From: Pseudomonadota bacterium
Lineage (GTDB): Bacteria > Bdellovibrionota_B > Oligoflexia > Oligoflexales > CAIYRB01
Direction: 5' to 3'
NCBI GenBank assembly: GCA_031416315.1
Contig: JANOTL010000094.1
Span: 32,001-96,000, forward strand
DNA length: 64,000 bases
Both the position numbers and the translations under genes were made by a program. Shown piece after piece: positions 17,541 to 26,404 of this stretch. The notes under the pieces are model-generated. The model was given only the letters and a program-made list of their open reading frames with translations. It did no database searches and had not been told where the DNA came from. How positions within the stretch are numbered: position 1 is the first letter of the stretch; each line of letters starts with the position of its first letter.

Positions 17541-18719
17541 CTAAAGGTCCTCGATCTCCGCAAGGTAACGCGCCACCTCGAACTCGTCCGCCGTCGGCGC
17601 GCTCGTCCGTACGAGCATCAGAGTCGCCTCGGCGCCCTCGCCGACCCCCGACGAGCGCAAGGTGAGGCGACCGCCCATGTTTTGCGCCAGGGTCGCGCAG
17701 AGCCAAAGCCCCAAGCCCTGTCCGCCACGGAGCTTCTTGGTCGTGGCGAAGGCTTGGAACGTGGCGCGCTCGCCCGGGGGATCGAAGCCGATGCCGTCGT
17801 CTTCGACGCGAACGGCCGCGTGCTCCGCCTCGTGGCTCAAGGCGATGCGGATCGCGCCGCCGATGGGCGAGTCGAGCTCGTCGATCGCATCCTTCGCGTT
17901 CAGGATCAGGTTGATCAGCACCTGTTTGACGCGCACCGAGTGCGCCATCGCCCACACTTCGCCTTCGCATCCAGACAGCGCCAAACGGGTGGGTTTGACC
18001 CTCTCGCGCATGAGGCTGACGACATCGCGGACCAAGGCGCCGACGTCCGTAGCCCTCGCCGTCGCGGCTTCGGGTTGCAGGAGGCTCGAGACGTTCCGCG
18101 AGACGTCGGTGAGGAGCTCGGCCGACTGCGTCAAAGCCCGCAGCGCCTCGGTCCCGAGCGCATCGGTCTTGCCGCTGAAGAGCCGCACGATGTGGGTCGA
18201 GGCTAAGTTGACGAGGCCGGCCAAGTTGCGGATCTCGTGGTGGGAAGCGGCCAGGAGGCGTCCGACGATCGCCAGATTCTCGGAGTCCTGGAGGCTCGCC
18301 TCCAAGTTCCGCACCTTCTTGAAGTTGGCGATCGCTTTCATCGTGCGCAGCACGAGCTCCGACAGCTCGATCGGCCGTACGACGTAATCGACGGCGCCCA
18401 TCGCCAAGCCTTTGACACGATTTTCCGCCTCGGGAAGGTGGGCCGTCGTGAGGAGCACGGGCAAGTCGGGCCGTGGCGAGCCCTCGCGCTTGATCCAGGA
18501 GAGGAGATCGAAGCCGGATTCGCCCGGCATCGAGATGTCGGAGAGCACCAGGTCGAAGCCCCAGCCGGCGCTTTCGAGGGCCGCTCTGGCTTCCGGAACG
18601 CTCTGCGCGAGCGAGACGGAGAGGCCTTGCTCCTCGAACAGCGTGCCCAAGAGCTTCAAGACGCCCGGGTTGTCGTCGACGACGAGGATGCGGTCATGGT
18701 CTGCGGAAGACTGCGACAT
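17541..18719 (-). CDS. REC-HisKA-HATPase hybrid kinase
   Basis: N-terminal REC (VVDD, SDISMP), HHEIRN H-box, NLILNA, DDGIG, GQGLGL. Confidence 0.88.
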   Translation of the reverse strand: MSQSSADHDRILVVDDNPGVLKLLGTLFEEQGLSVSLAQSVPEARAALESAGWGFDLVLSDISMPGESGFDLLSWIKREGSPRPDLPVLLTTAHLPEAENRVKGLAMGAVDYVVRPIELSELVLRTMKAIANFKKVRNLEASLQDSENLAIVGRLLAASHHEIRNLAGLVNLASTHIVRLFSGKTDALGTEALRALTQSAELLTDVSRNVSSLLQPEAATARATDVGALVRDVVSLMRERVKPTRLALSGCEGEVWAMAHSVRVKQVLINLILNAKDAIDELDSPIGGAIRIALSHEAEHAAVRVEDDGIGFDPPGERATFQAFATTKKLRGGQGLGLWLCATLAQNMGGRLTLRSSGVGEGAEATLMLVRTSAPTADEFEVARYLAEIEDL

Positions 18720-18753
18720 GAGACTACCTTAAGCCTTCGCGGGGACAACGCAA

Positions 18754-18770
18754 GTGGCACGATCATTGCT
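18754..18770 (+). promoter_or_regulatory. Sigma-54 promoter of CBS-transporter operon
   Basis: GTGGCACGATCATTGCT, consensus. Confidence 0.85.
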
Positions 18771-18811
18771 CAACCCACCGTATACGAAACCATGGCTCCC
18801 GAGGAGATCGC

Positions 18812-19282
18812 ATGCGCGCCGAAGAAAAGATGACCCGCAAACTGCATCTGACCAGTCCCAAGGAGTCGGCAGGGGTCGCCTTCGGACGCATGCTGGAGCT
18901 GGCCGTCCGGCACTTGCCCGTCGTCGACGACGGGAAGCTCGTCGGCATCGTGTCGGACCGAGATCTCCTCCTTTATTGCCGGGCGGGCCAAACCTACGAC
19001 TTTCCCGTCGGCTTGGACGTCGACGGCGTGATGACCAGGAAGGTCGAGACCGCGAGCTGCAAGGCGACCCTCGCGGAGGTCGCCAAGAAGATGAACGACC
19101 GCAAGATCGACGCCCTGCCCATCGTCGACGGCGAAGGCAAGCTCGTCGGCCTGATCACCGCCTTCGATCTCCTGGAGGTGCTCGCCGCCGGCGGTGCCGA
19201 TCCCATGGGCGTCGACCGGAGCGATCAATTCCTCGAGCGTTATCGCTGGGACTTCCCGACGAGTTTTCCGGGCATGCTGTGA
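18812..19282 (+). CDS. CBS-pair protein (paralogue 3)
   Basis: GAGGAG RBS; VRHLPVV, GIVSDRD, IDALPIVD...LVGLITAFD. Confidence 0.88.
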   Translation: MRAEEKMTRKLHLTSPKESAGVAFGRMLELAVRHLPVVDDGKLVGIVSDRDLLLYCRAGQTYDFPVGLDVDGVMTRKVETASCKATLAEVAKKMNDRKIDALPIVDGEGKLVGLITAFDLLEVLAAGGADPMGVDRSDQFLERYRWDFPTSFPGML

Positions 19283-19289
19283 GCGTCGC

Positions 19290-20390
19290 TTGAGCCCTTT
19301 GGCTCTCCTTCTGACGATCGTCAGCGTCGCCCTGCTCTTCGCTTTGGTCACCGAGAACGGGACTAGCGCCGCGATCGCCGAGAAGCTCTTGTCGCGCCTC
19401 GGCAGTCGCATGCATCTCGCACCGCTGGCCTTGTTCGTCATCACCGCCGTGATCTCGGCAGCAGGCGCCGGCAACATCACGGCGACCCTGCTGATCGCCC
19501 CGCTGGCGATGCGGTTTGCGGCGCGGATCGGCCTCAGCCCGTTCTTGACGACGCTTTTGGTCATTGGCGGCGCGAATGCCGGTTCGCTGTCCCCCGTATC
19601 GATGACCGGAATCTTGGCGCGCGAGCTGCTCTCGGGCCCTCAATGGAGCGAAGCCGCGTTGACGTCGCTCTCGTGGCGCATGTTTTTGACGGTTTTCGGG
19701 AGCGTGACCGCCCTGCAGGCGATCGGCTTCCTGATCTTCGGCGGCTATGCCTGGTTGCGAGCCCACGCCCGGAAGGGCGTCGCCAAGACCGGCGAGCCGC
19801 GTCTTTTGAATCGTGCGCAGCTCGTGACGACGCTCGTCGTCGCGATGTTCTCGGTTCTCGTGCTCGCCACGCCGCTGTCGCCGGGACTGATCGCGGCCGT
19901 CGCGGCGATCGTCCTGATCTCGTCGCGCCTCGCCTCGCTCCAAAAAGCTCTACGCCTCGTGCCTTGGAAGTCGGTCGCTTTGATCGCCGTCATGCTCCAG
20001 CTCGCCCACTTCGCCGAGCGTTTCGGCTGGGTCGCTTTGGCCGCCTCGCAGCTGTCCCAGATGGGGACCCCCGCTTCGATGCCGATCTGGATCGCTTTGA
20101 TCGCGGCCGCGCTTTCTACGGTGTCCAGCTCGTCGGGCGTCGTGTTGCCGCTCCTTCTGCCGATGATCCCAGCCTTCGCCGCGGCCGGCGCCGACCCCGG
20201 CGCGACGGCGGTGGCGGTGGTCCTTGGCTCGCATCTCGTGGATTGCAGCCCCTTGTCGAGCCTGGGCGCGATGTGCTTGGGAGCGGTGCATGGAGAAAGC
20301 CGGAAGCAGGAACGTAGGCTTTTCGTCGCGCTCTTGGCTTGGGGCCTGGCGATGGTGCCGGTCTCGGGTTTGATCGCCGCGATGCTCTGA
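19290..20390 (+). CDS. SLC13/CitMHS-like anion (dicarboxylate/citrate) transporter
   Basis: Many TM segments; GANAGSLSPVS and SSSSGVVLP...SPLSSLGA motifs; start approximate (TTG). Confidence 0.75.
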   Translation: MSPLALLLTIVSVALLFALVTENGTSAAIAEKLLSRLGSRMHLAPLALFVITAVISAAGAGNITATLLIAPLAMRFAARIGLSPFLTTLLVIGGANAGSLSPVSMTGILARELLSGPQWSEAALTSLSWRMFLTVFGSVTALQAIGFLIFGGYAWLRAHARKGVAKTGEPRLLNRAQLVTTLVVAMFSVLVLATPLSPGLIAAVAAIVLISSRLASLQKALRLVPWKSVALIAVMLQLAHFAERFGWVALAASQLSQMGTPASMPIWIALIAAALSTVSSSSGVVLPLLLPMIPAFAAAGADPGATAVAVVLGSHLVDCSPLSSLGAMCLGAVHGESRKQERRLFVALLAWGLAMVPVSGLIAAML

Positions 20391-20420
20391 TCGTACAGAC
20401 CATCGCGAAATCCACGCGGC

Positions 20421-21173
20421 TCAGTCGGCGAAGTCGAACAACCGATTGACCGATTGTCCGCCCAGCACCCGCACGTGAGCCAAGTATTCCGTGCGCTCAC
20501 GCGCATCCGTCACGAGCTTCGTCACTTCGAACTTCTTCGACCGGCTCTGATCCCGACAATCTTCTTCCCTTTCGAAGATCCTCGCGATCGGCTGCACGAC
20601 GATGACGTTGCCGGGCGTGACTTGCTCGCGAACCTCGACGATTTTCATGCAGCCGATGAGCATATGCGGGTAAGTCCCCTGTAGGATGAGCGTGTGGTTG
20701 CCGTCGGGGCCGGTCGAGAAGGCGACGTTGTCGACGGGACCGTAGAGGAAGTCGTCCGGGTTGCGCGAGCTGGCCTCCACGATCGACAAGGGGCGCGTCG
20801 GCGTCCCGGGACGGTCGACGACCTCGACCTGATACTCTCCGACCGGCAGGGGCCCGAGCTTCACCGACTCGAGGAAGGGCACCATGATCTGCGCGCAGAA
20901 GACGCCGGCGTAATGCCAGGCCTTCACCACGACGGTGATCTTGTTGGTGTCGAGATCGACGGACGCGGTCGCGGGCCCCATCTTGTAGCAGGTGCTCGGG
21001 AAGTGGCCGTGCACGATCACTTCCGCATTGTCGTTGTCGTCGAAGCCGAGCGGCACGAAGGCGCGCTCGACCGGCGCTGTGACGAGGACTGGTCCGCTTG
21101 CGGCTGCGCTCGCCAATCCCGTGATCGCGAGGGCGGAGAACGCCGCGGAGAACGTCGTAATGAGCTTGAGCAT
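20421..21173 (-). CDS. Secreted two-domain 'GFDDND' protein (paralogue 4)
   Basis: Signal peptide, FVPLGFDDNDN, FPSTCY, IGCM, HVRVLGGQSVNR. Confidence 0.88.
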   Translation of the reverse strand: MLKLITTFSAAFSALAITGLASAAASGPVLVTAPVERAFVPLGFDDNDNAEVIVHGHFPSTCYKMGPATASVDLDTNKITVVVKAWHYAGVFCAQIMVPFLESVKLGPLPVGEYQVEVVDRPGTPTRPLSIVEASSRNPDDFLYGPVDNVAFSTGPDGNHTLILQGTYPHMLIGCMKIVEVREQVTPGNVIVVQPIARIFEREEDCRDQSRSKKFEVTKLVTDARERTEYLAHVRVLGGQSVNRLFDFAD

Positions 21174-21229
21174 GCTTCATCCTTCTCTAGGTATCGGCTT
21201 TGTGAGGACGCTTGTTCTGCCCGTCACAT

Positions 21230-21246
21230 TGCTAGAACCGTACCAA
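21230..21246 (-). promoter_or_regulatory. Sigma-54 promoter of GFDDND-4
   Basis: Minus strand TTGGTACGGTTCTAGCA, GG-N10-GC. Confidence 0.62.
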
Positions 21247-21279
21247 GTCGGAATCGCGCCGATGGCCCTGCGCCTTTGC

Positions 21280-22848
21280 TCATTCCAGAATCGCGAGATC
21301 ACCCAGCGCCGACACGGCCGCCAGCGCGTCGATCGAGTCCGCGGACCGCGGCAACCGCAGCTCGCGCAGATTCTCGAAACCCGCGAGGGGCGCGAGGTCC
21401 GCGGTCGCCACGCCCGATAGGTCGACGTACTGAAGGTTCGTGAACTCGGCGATCGCCGAGAGGTCGGCGATGGCGGTTCGTGAGAGATCGAGCGACCGCG
21501 CTCTCTGCAGCGCATCATTGGCTGAATGGCAGCTACACGCTGTGCCAAAACACGCAGCGCGGCGCAGGATGCCCATTTCTGCTGCAGCCAGAGCGTCTCC
21601 CGTGCTTTGCGCCGCGAGACAACGTTGGACGAAGGCGTTGCGCCGATCGAGCCGCCAGGTCGGAGCCTGCAGCGTCGGACCGGTGACGCGGACTCCCGAC
21701 GCAGTCAGCAGCTCGATGACGTCCTGGTTCGCAAGCGCATTCCATCCGACACGCAGAAATCGCAACGCCGTGAGCCCGCGAAGCGGGGTCACATCGGTGA
21801 GGGCGTTGTCGTCGAGGTTGAGACGCTCGACCGAGCGCAACGCCGCAAGGGGCCGCGCATCAATCAGGAGCGAGCGTGACAGATCGACTTCACGCGCCGC
21901 CCCCGCCCACGCCTGCAACTCCTCGCAGGTGACGTCGCTCTCGAAACGCCGACGCCCGTCGGCGCGCACGAACGCGGTCCGAAGCGCTGCGACCGTGCGG
22001 CGCGCTCCATCATCGCCATTCTCGGCGAGGCAAAGGTCGCTCGCGTCGGCAAGGGCCTCGACTTGCTCGCCGCAGCCGGCGCCGGAGCGCCAACCGGTCT
22101 CCGCCTCGAGCCAACATGCGTACGGCGCGACCAAGGTCCAGATTCCGGGGTAATCGGCGTTGCCACACGGGGCGGGACCTCGAGAAGTGATCCCCAGCAG
22201 GCGAAAACCGCCGTCCGCTGTGCGTCCGAACGCGGGGCCGCCGCTATCGCCATCGCATGCATCGCCCGCGTCGTCGCCAAGCGCGATCTCGCGAGCGCTG
22301 CGGAACTTCAAGCGCGCCTCGCCTTCGAACTTGCGTCCCAAAGCCCGCGTTTCGTTGTCATGGACGCCGAAGCCGACGATCCGCAAGCTCGAGCCTGGTA
22401 GGAGCGCGGCGTCGACCTCGAAGACCGTGGTCGCCACGGGCACGAGCTCGACGTCGTTCTGGGCCTCGGCCAAGATCAGATAGGCGAGGTCACTCGAGCC
22501 CCAAACGCCGCTCGGATAGGCGGGATGCCGCGCGCCGCGTACGACCGCGAGCGCATCGCCGAAGCGGCCGCCGTCCTCGCCGAGGCCTCGGTGCACCGAA
22601 ATCGTGCCGAGATCCGCTCCGGACGGCAGGCAATGTGCCGCGGTCAGCACCACGGTCGGCGCGATCAAGACCCCGGTGCACGTGAGGTTGCCATGCGAGG
22701 TCAAGGCAACGGTGTTCGCCCAGTGCCCGTCCGCGACCGGCGCCGCGTTGGGGCCGACGACGCTCGGATCGGAGAAAGACATCGCGCGACCGCAGCCGAG
22801 GAGTGCCGTTAACGCCAGCAGGACGAGAATCGGGATGTGATTGGCCAT
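21280..22848 (-). CDS. Lipoprotein: trypsin-family (S1) protease + leucine-rich repeats
   Basis: Lipobox LLGC; LTAAHC, SDLA, GDSGGP; internalin-like LRRs (LNLDDNALTDVTPL). Confidence 0.88.
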   Translation of the reverse strand: MANHIPILVLLALTALLGCGRAMSFSDPSVVGPNAAPVADGHWANTVALTSHGNLTCTGVLIAPTVVLTAAHCLPSGADLGTISVHRGLGEDGGRFGDALAVVRGARHPAYPSGVWGSSDLAYLILAEAQNDVELVPVATTVFEVDAALLPGSSLRIVGFGVHDNETRALGRKFEGEARLKFRSAREIALGDDAGDACDGDSGGPAFGRTADGGFRLLGITSRGPAPCGNADYPGIWTLVAPYACWLEAETGWRSGAGCGEQVEALADASDLCLAENGDDGARRTVAALRTAFVRADGRRRFESDVTCEELQAWAGAAREVDLSRSLLIDARPLAALRSVERLNLDDNALTDVTPLRGLTALRFLRVGWNALANQDVIELLTASGVRVTGPTLQAPTWRLDRRNAFVQRCLAAQSTGDALAAAEMGILRRAACFGTACSCHSANDALQRARSLDLSRTAIADLSAIAEFTNLQYVDLSGVATADLAPLAGFENLRELRLPRSADSIDALAAVSALGDLAILE

Positions 22849-22878
22849 CCAGCCAGTTTACCCGCACGCGCTCCTTAA

Positions 22879-22933
22879 TATCAATAGATTTCAACAGCTT
22901 GCGCGAAAACGCGCGGGTGCGTGATACGACGCA
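22879..22933. promoter_or_regulatory. IHF-like sites plus two tandem island boxes
   Basis: TATCAATAGATTT / TTTCAACAGCTTG; TGCGCGAAAACGCGCG (22900-22915) and TGCGTGATACGACGCA (22918-22933, 10 nt from GG). Confidence 0.68.
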
Positions 22934-22941
22934 GGCGAAAG

Positions 22942-22958
22942 GCGGTACGGCCCTTGCT
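22942..22958 (+). promoter_or_regulatory. Sigma-54 promoter of cytochrome c-TPR paralogue 2
   Basis: GCGGTACGGCCCTTGCT. Confidence 0.72.
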
Positions 22959-22993
22959 CAGGAAGAGGGACGATCCCACGTGAAAGGCTCTCC

Positions 22994-24127
22994 ATGACTC
23001 TCCTGCGCTCGGCCCTGGCCAAGAGCCTCGGCCTTCTCTGTCTCGTCACGACCGAAGCCTTGGCCTTCGAGCCACGCTGGCGCAAAGACATGCGCGAGAT
23101 GGCGGAAGTCTTCTCCGAGGCGCTGCCGATCGTCATAAGCGACGCGGCCTATGAGAAGCCTTCGCTGCAGAAAAAATTGGTGAAGGACCTCCGCAAGCTC
23201 TCGAAGACGGCGAAGCGGGTCGAAAGGGCGTTGAGCGAGCAGATCGACGACCCGGTCATCCCCCACGTGACCGTGAAAATGTCGCGAAGCTTCGACCGCG
23301 CCGCGACGCTGCTCGAGAGGGGCGAGGCCGGCACGGCTCGCGGCCTCGTACGCAGCGCGACGGGGTACTGCATCAGCTGTCATACGCGCCTGCCCGGCGC
23401 GGCCGCTTCGGTCGCGGTCGAGCCGCGCGCTCCCAAGGGATTCGTGCTCGGAGCCGCCGACACCGCCGAGTTCTACGCCGCGACGCGCCAGTTCGAGAAG
23501 GCGATCGTCTCGTACGAGGCCGTCATGAAGGACCGCTGGCTTGCCGCGACGTTTCCCCACCGTTGGGCGCTCGCCGCGCAAAAGATGCTGGCGATCGTGG
23601 TGCGCGTCCGCGATGAGCCTCGCCTGGCGCTCGAGATCCTATCGGCCATTCGCGACGAGAAGGCGACGCCCGCGGCGCTTTACCGCGACGCCCTGATCTG
23701 GCGCGGCTCGGTGGAGGAGTGGCTGGCGGAGCCGAGCGCGAAACCGCGCGACCTCGCGCGCGCCAACGAGCTCTACGCCGAGGGCGAGGCCCAGGTCTTG
23801 AAGACCGGGTCGCAGGCAGCGGGATTGATCCCTTTCCTGCGCGCGTCCGCGATCCTTCACGAGCTGCTGCGCGAGCGGCGCAACGACCAGGAATTCGCGG
23901 CGACCCTCGATCTCGCGGGCAAAACGGCCGAATGGCTCGCGCCGATCGTGCTCTGGACCTTGAACGAGTCTTACTTCGAGGCCTGCATTCGGGTCGTCCC
24001 GCACACGGCGCGCGCCGGAATTTGTCTCGAGCACTTCAAGGATGCGCACGTGACGTCGATCGAGCGGGACGAGGCGCGGCTGAGCGAGCTCGAGAGGCTC
24101 GCTTCCGAGGTGGAGTCCGGGAAGTAG
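22994..24127 (+). CDS. Exported monoheme cytochrome c with TPR-like C-terminus (paralogue 2)
   Basis: Signal peptide, CISCHT, ATRQFEKA and YFEACIR segments parallel 10874-12034. Confidence 0.8.
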   Translation: MTLLRSALAKSLGLLCLVTTEALAFEPRWRKDMREMAEVFSEALPIVISDAAYEKPSLQKKLVKDLRKLSKTAKRVERALSEQIDDPVIPHVTVKMSRSFDRAATLLERGEAGTARGLVRSATGYCISCHTRLPGAAASVAVEPRAPKGFVLGAADTAEFYAATRQFEKAIVSYEAVMKDRWLAATFPHRWALAAQKMLAIVVRVRDEPRLALEILSAIRDEKATPAALYRDALIWRGSVEEWLAEPSAKPRDLARANELYAEGEAQVLKTGSQAAGLIPFLRASAILHELLRERRNDQEFAATLDLAGKTAEWLAPIVLWTLNESYFEACIRVVPHTARAGICLEHFKDAHVTSIERDEARLSELERLASEVESGK

Positions 24128-24130
24128 CCA

Positions 24131-24940
24131 ATGAAGCGGCCCAATCCTCCGAGGAGACCCTGCATGATGCGCCCCTTTGCGACCATGATTCTTTGCGTTG
24201 CCGCGACGAGCGCGTCAGCCAACGAGCTCGTGCTTCTTCCCGCGTTTCAGGACGGCCCGCTTGGCGCGTGTCCCGTTTTCGACCGCGCGACGAGCGCCGA
24301 GGCGGAGCTGCGGATCGCGAGCACGGTGCCGCGCACGACGACACTCGCGCTCGGCGCGGCGACGCCTTTGGGACGAGACGTCTCGTTCTCCGCGTCGGCG
24401 CAGACGCTCCAGGACGCGCGGGGGGCCGGTCGGCGCGCCGACGTGAAGGCAGGTCCTCTCGTCTGGTTCGGAGCGCTCGCGGTCGGCGGCGCGGTCGGTG
24501 CTGTTTTTCTCGCCGAGACGCCACGGCCTGCGCCGATGGCGACGGCCTTTGCCGGCTGGCGAGGCAAGGACCTGACGGCCGCGGTGCAACATCGGCTGTA
24601 CGATAACGACGGCAAAGCGTCGCCGCCTCCCCCGACCACAGCGCTACGGGGTCGCTATGCCTTGCTGCAAGAGTTGGATCTGGGATTCGATCTTTCGACG
24701 ACCGATGCGCTCTGGTCCGTCGCCGGCGGCGGCGTCTACAAGACGACGGTCGGCGTCGATCTGGCGACGTCCTACCACTTTGCCGAGCCCAAAGCGGGCG
24801 CTTCGCGGCTAGGCGTCGGCGTCGTCGTCCCCGCAGCGGCGTTCAGGTTGCAGTTGGATCTCGGATACCAGACCAGCAAGCCCCCAGGTTCCGACGCCAA
24901 GGCCTGGGACATCGCTTCGAGCTTGGTCGTACCCCTCTGA
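24131..24940 (+). CDS. Exported hypothetical protein, possibly outer-membrane beta-barrel
   Basis: Signal peptide; alternating hydrophobic beta-strand pattern in C-terminal half; start may be a later Met. Confidence 0.55.
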   Translation: MKRPNPPRRPCMMRPFATMILCVAATSASANELVLLPAFQDGPLGACPVFDRATSAEAELRIASTVPRTTTLALGAATPLGRDVSFSASAQTLQDARGAGRRADVKAGPLVWFGALAVGGAVGAVFLAETPRPAPMATAFAGWRGKDLTAAVQHRLYDNDGKASPPPPTTALRGRYALLQELDLGFDLSTTDALWSVAGGGVYKTTVGVDLATSYHFAEPKAGASRLGVGVVVPAAAFRLQLDLGYQTSKPPGSDAKAWDIASSLVVPL

Positions 24941-25057
24941 AATCAGCTCTTTTCCCTTGCGAAAAAGGCTTCGGCTTGCGATCCGGCGGCCGTGGGATCG
25001 CCAACGACGCGGCCGCCGCGCCGTTGCCGACCCGGCCCAAGCCGGGTACGATGCGGC

Positions 25058-26398
25058 ATGAATTTGCTCGCCGTCTTCGTGCTGGTGTTCGCCAACGGCT
25101 TTTTCGTCGCCGCCGAGTTCGCGCTCGTGACGGTGCGCCGTACACGAATCGCTCAACTGATGGACGAGGGTGTGGGCGCCGCGCGCGCCGTCGACCGCGC
25201 GCTCACCGACCTGGACCGCTACATCGCGGGAAGTCAGGTCGGCATCACGCTCGCGAGCTTGGCGCTCGGCTGGATCGGCGAGCCGACCTTGGCGAAGATT
25301 CTGCAGCCTTTGCTGCAGGACATGTTCCCGAACACCGCGGTCGTCATCGCGCACAGCATCGCGGTTGGCGTGGCCTTCGCGATCATCACCTTCCTCCACG
25401 TGATCCTCGGCGAGCTGGTGCCGAAATCGCTTGCCTTGCAAAAGGCGGAAGAGACCGCTCTCTTCGTCGCGCGGCCGATGCGCGTCGTGGTGGCCCTGTT
25501 CCGCCCGCTGATTTGGAGCCTGAACGGCCTCGGTAACTTGCTCCTGCGCCTCGTGGGCTTGGAGCCGGCCGGCGAGCACGCCTCCGTGCACTCGTCCAAG
25601 GAGCTGGGACTACTCGTCCGCGAGAGCCATGAGGCCGGCGAGCTCGACGACACGGAGCGCCGGCTTCTGCAGCGCTCTTTGCGTTTCAGCGAGACCACCG
25701 TCTCCTCGATCATGGTGCCGCGCGCGGATATGGAAGCGCTCGACCTGTCCCAGCCCACCGAGATCGTGATGCAGCGCGTCGCCAAGCTGAAGCATTCGCG
25801 CTTTCCCGCATACGACGGCTCGCCGGACCACATCGTCGGCATCCTCTATCTGCAGGATCTGTTCGCGGCGCTCGAAGGCGCGCGCGGGAACCTCGCGGCG
25901 CTCGATCTGCAGAAGCTCGTCAAACCGCCGCTGCTCGTCCCCGAATCCGTCCATTTGGACATCCTCATGAAGCGCTTTCGCACCTCGCAGGTGCAGCTCG
26001 CGGTCGTCGTCGACGAATACGGGGGCACGGCCGGCATCGTGACGCTCGAGGACGTCGTCGAGTGCGTCTTCGGTCGCATGAACGACCACAACGAGGTCGG
26101 CGACGAGCCCTTCTCGCCGACCATAGACGGCTTTATGATCAAGGGCGACGCCCGCCTCGTGGAGGTGAGTGAGCTCCTCGGCCACGAGCTCACCGACGAG
26201 ACCTCCGACACCATCGCCGGCTTCGTCGTCGCGAAGCTCGGGCGCCTCGCGAAGGTCGGCGACCGCGTTCGCGTTCACCGCGCCGACTTCGAGGTGACCG
26301 AGGTGGACCATCGCCGCGTCACCGGGCTCAGGCTGCGGTTGCCGCAGTCGGGTATCGATCTGGGCGCGGACCCCCTCGAAGGTGAGCCGGCGCCCTGA
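25058..26398 (+). CDS. Hemolysin-family/CNNM metal transporter (DUF21-CBS-CorC)
   Basis: NGFFVAAEFAL, QVGITLASL.LGW.GE, GELVPKS, HSRFP, VDEYGGTAG. Confidence 0.92.
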   Translation: MNLLAVFVLVFANGFFVAAEFALVTVRRTRIAQLMDEGVGAARAVDRALTDLDRYIAGSQVGITLASLALGWIGEPTLAKILQPLLQDMFPNTAVVIAHSIAVGVAFAIITFLHVILGELVPKSLALQKAEETALFVARPMRVVVALFRPLIWSLNGLGNLLLRLVGLEPAGEHASVHSSKELGLLVRESHEAGELDDTERRLLQRSLRFSETTVSSIMVPRADMEALDLSQPTEIVMQRVAKLKHSRFPAYDGSPDHIVGILYLQDLFAALEGARGNLAALDLQKLVKPPLLVPESVHLDILMKRFRTSQVQLAVVVDEYGGTAGIVTLEDVVECVFGRMNDHNEVGDEPFSPTIDGFMIKGDARLVEVSELLGHELTDETSDTIAGFVVAKLGRLAKVGDRVRVHRADFEVTEVDHRRVTGLRLRLPQSGIDLGADPLEGEPAP

Positions 26399-26404
26399 GT
26401 GCGA

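Noticed and set aside
18721..18753. Island box upstream of the 18754 promoter (also sought at 21230, 35876, 45695, 56620)
   Set aside because: Only partial half-sites at the expected spacing; not counted as boxes
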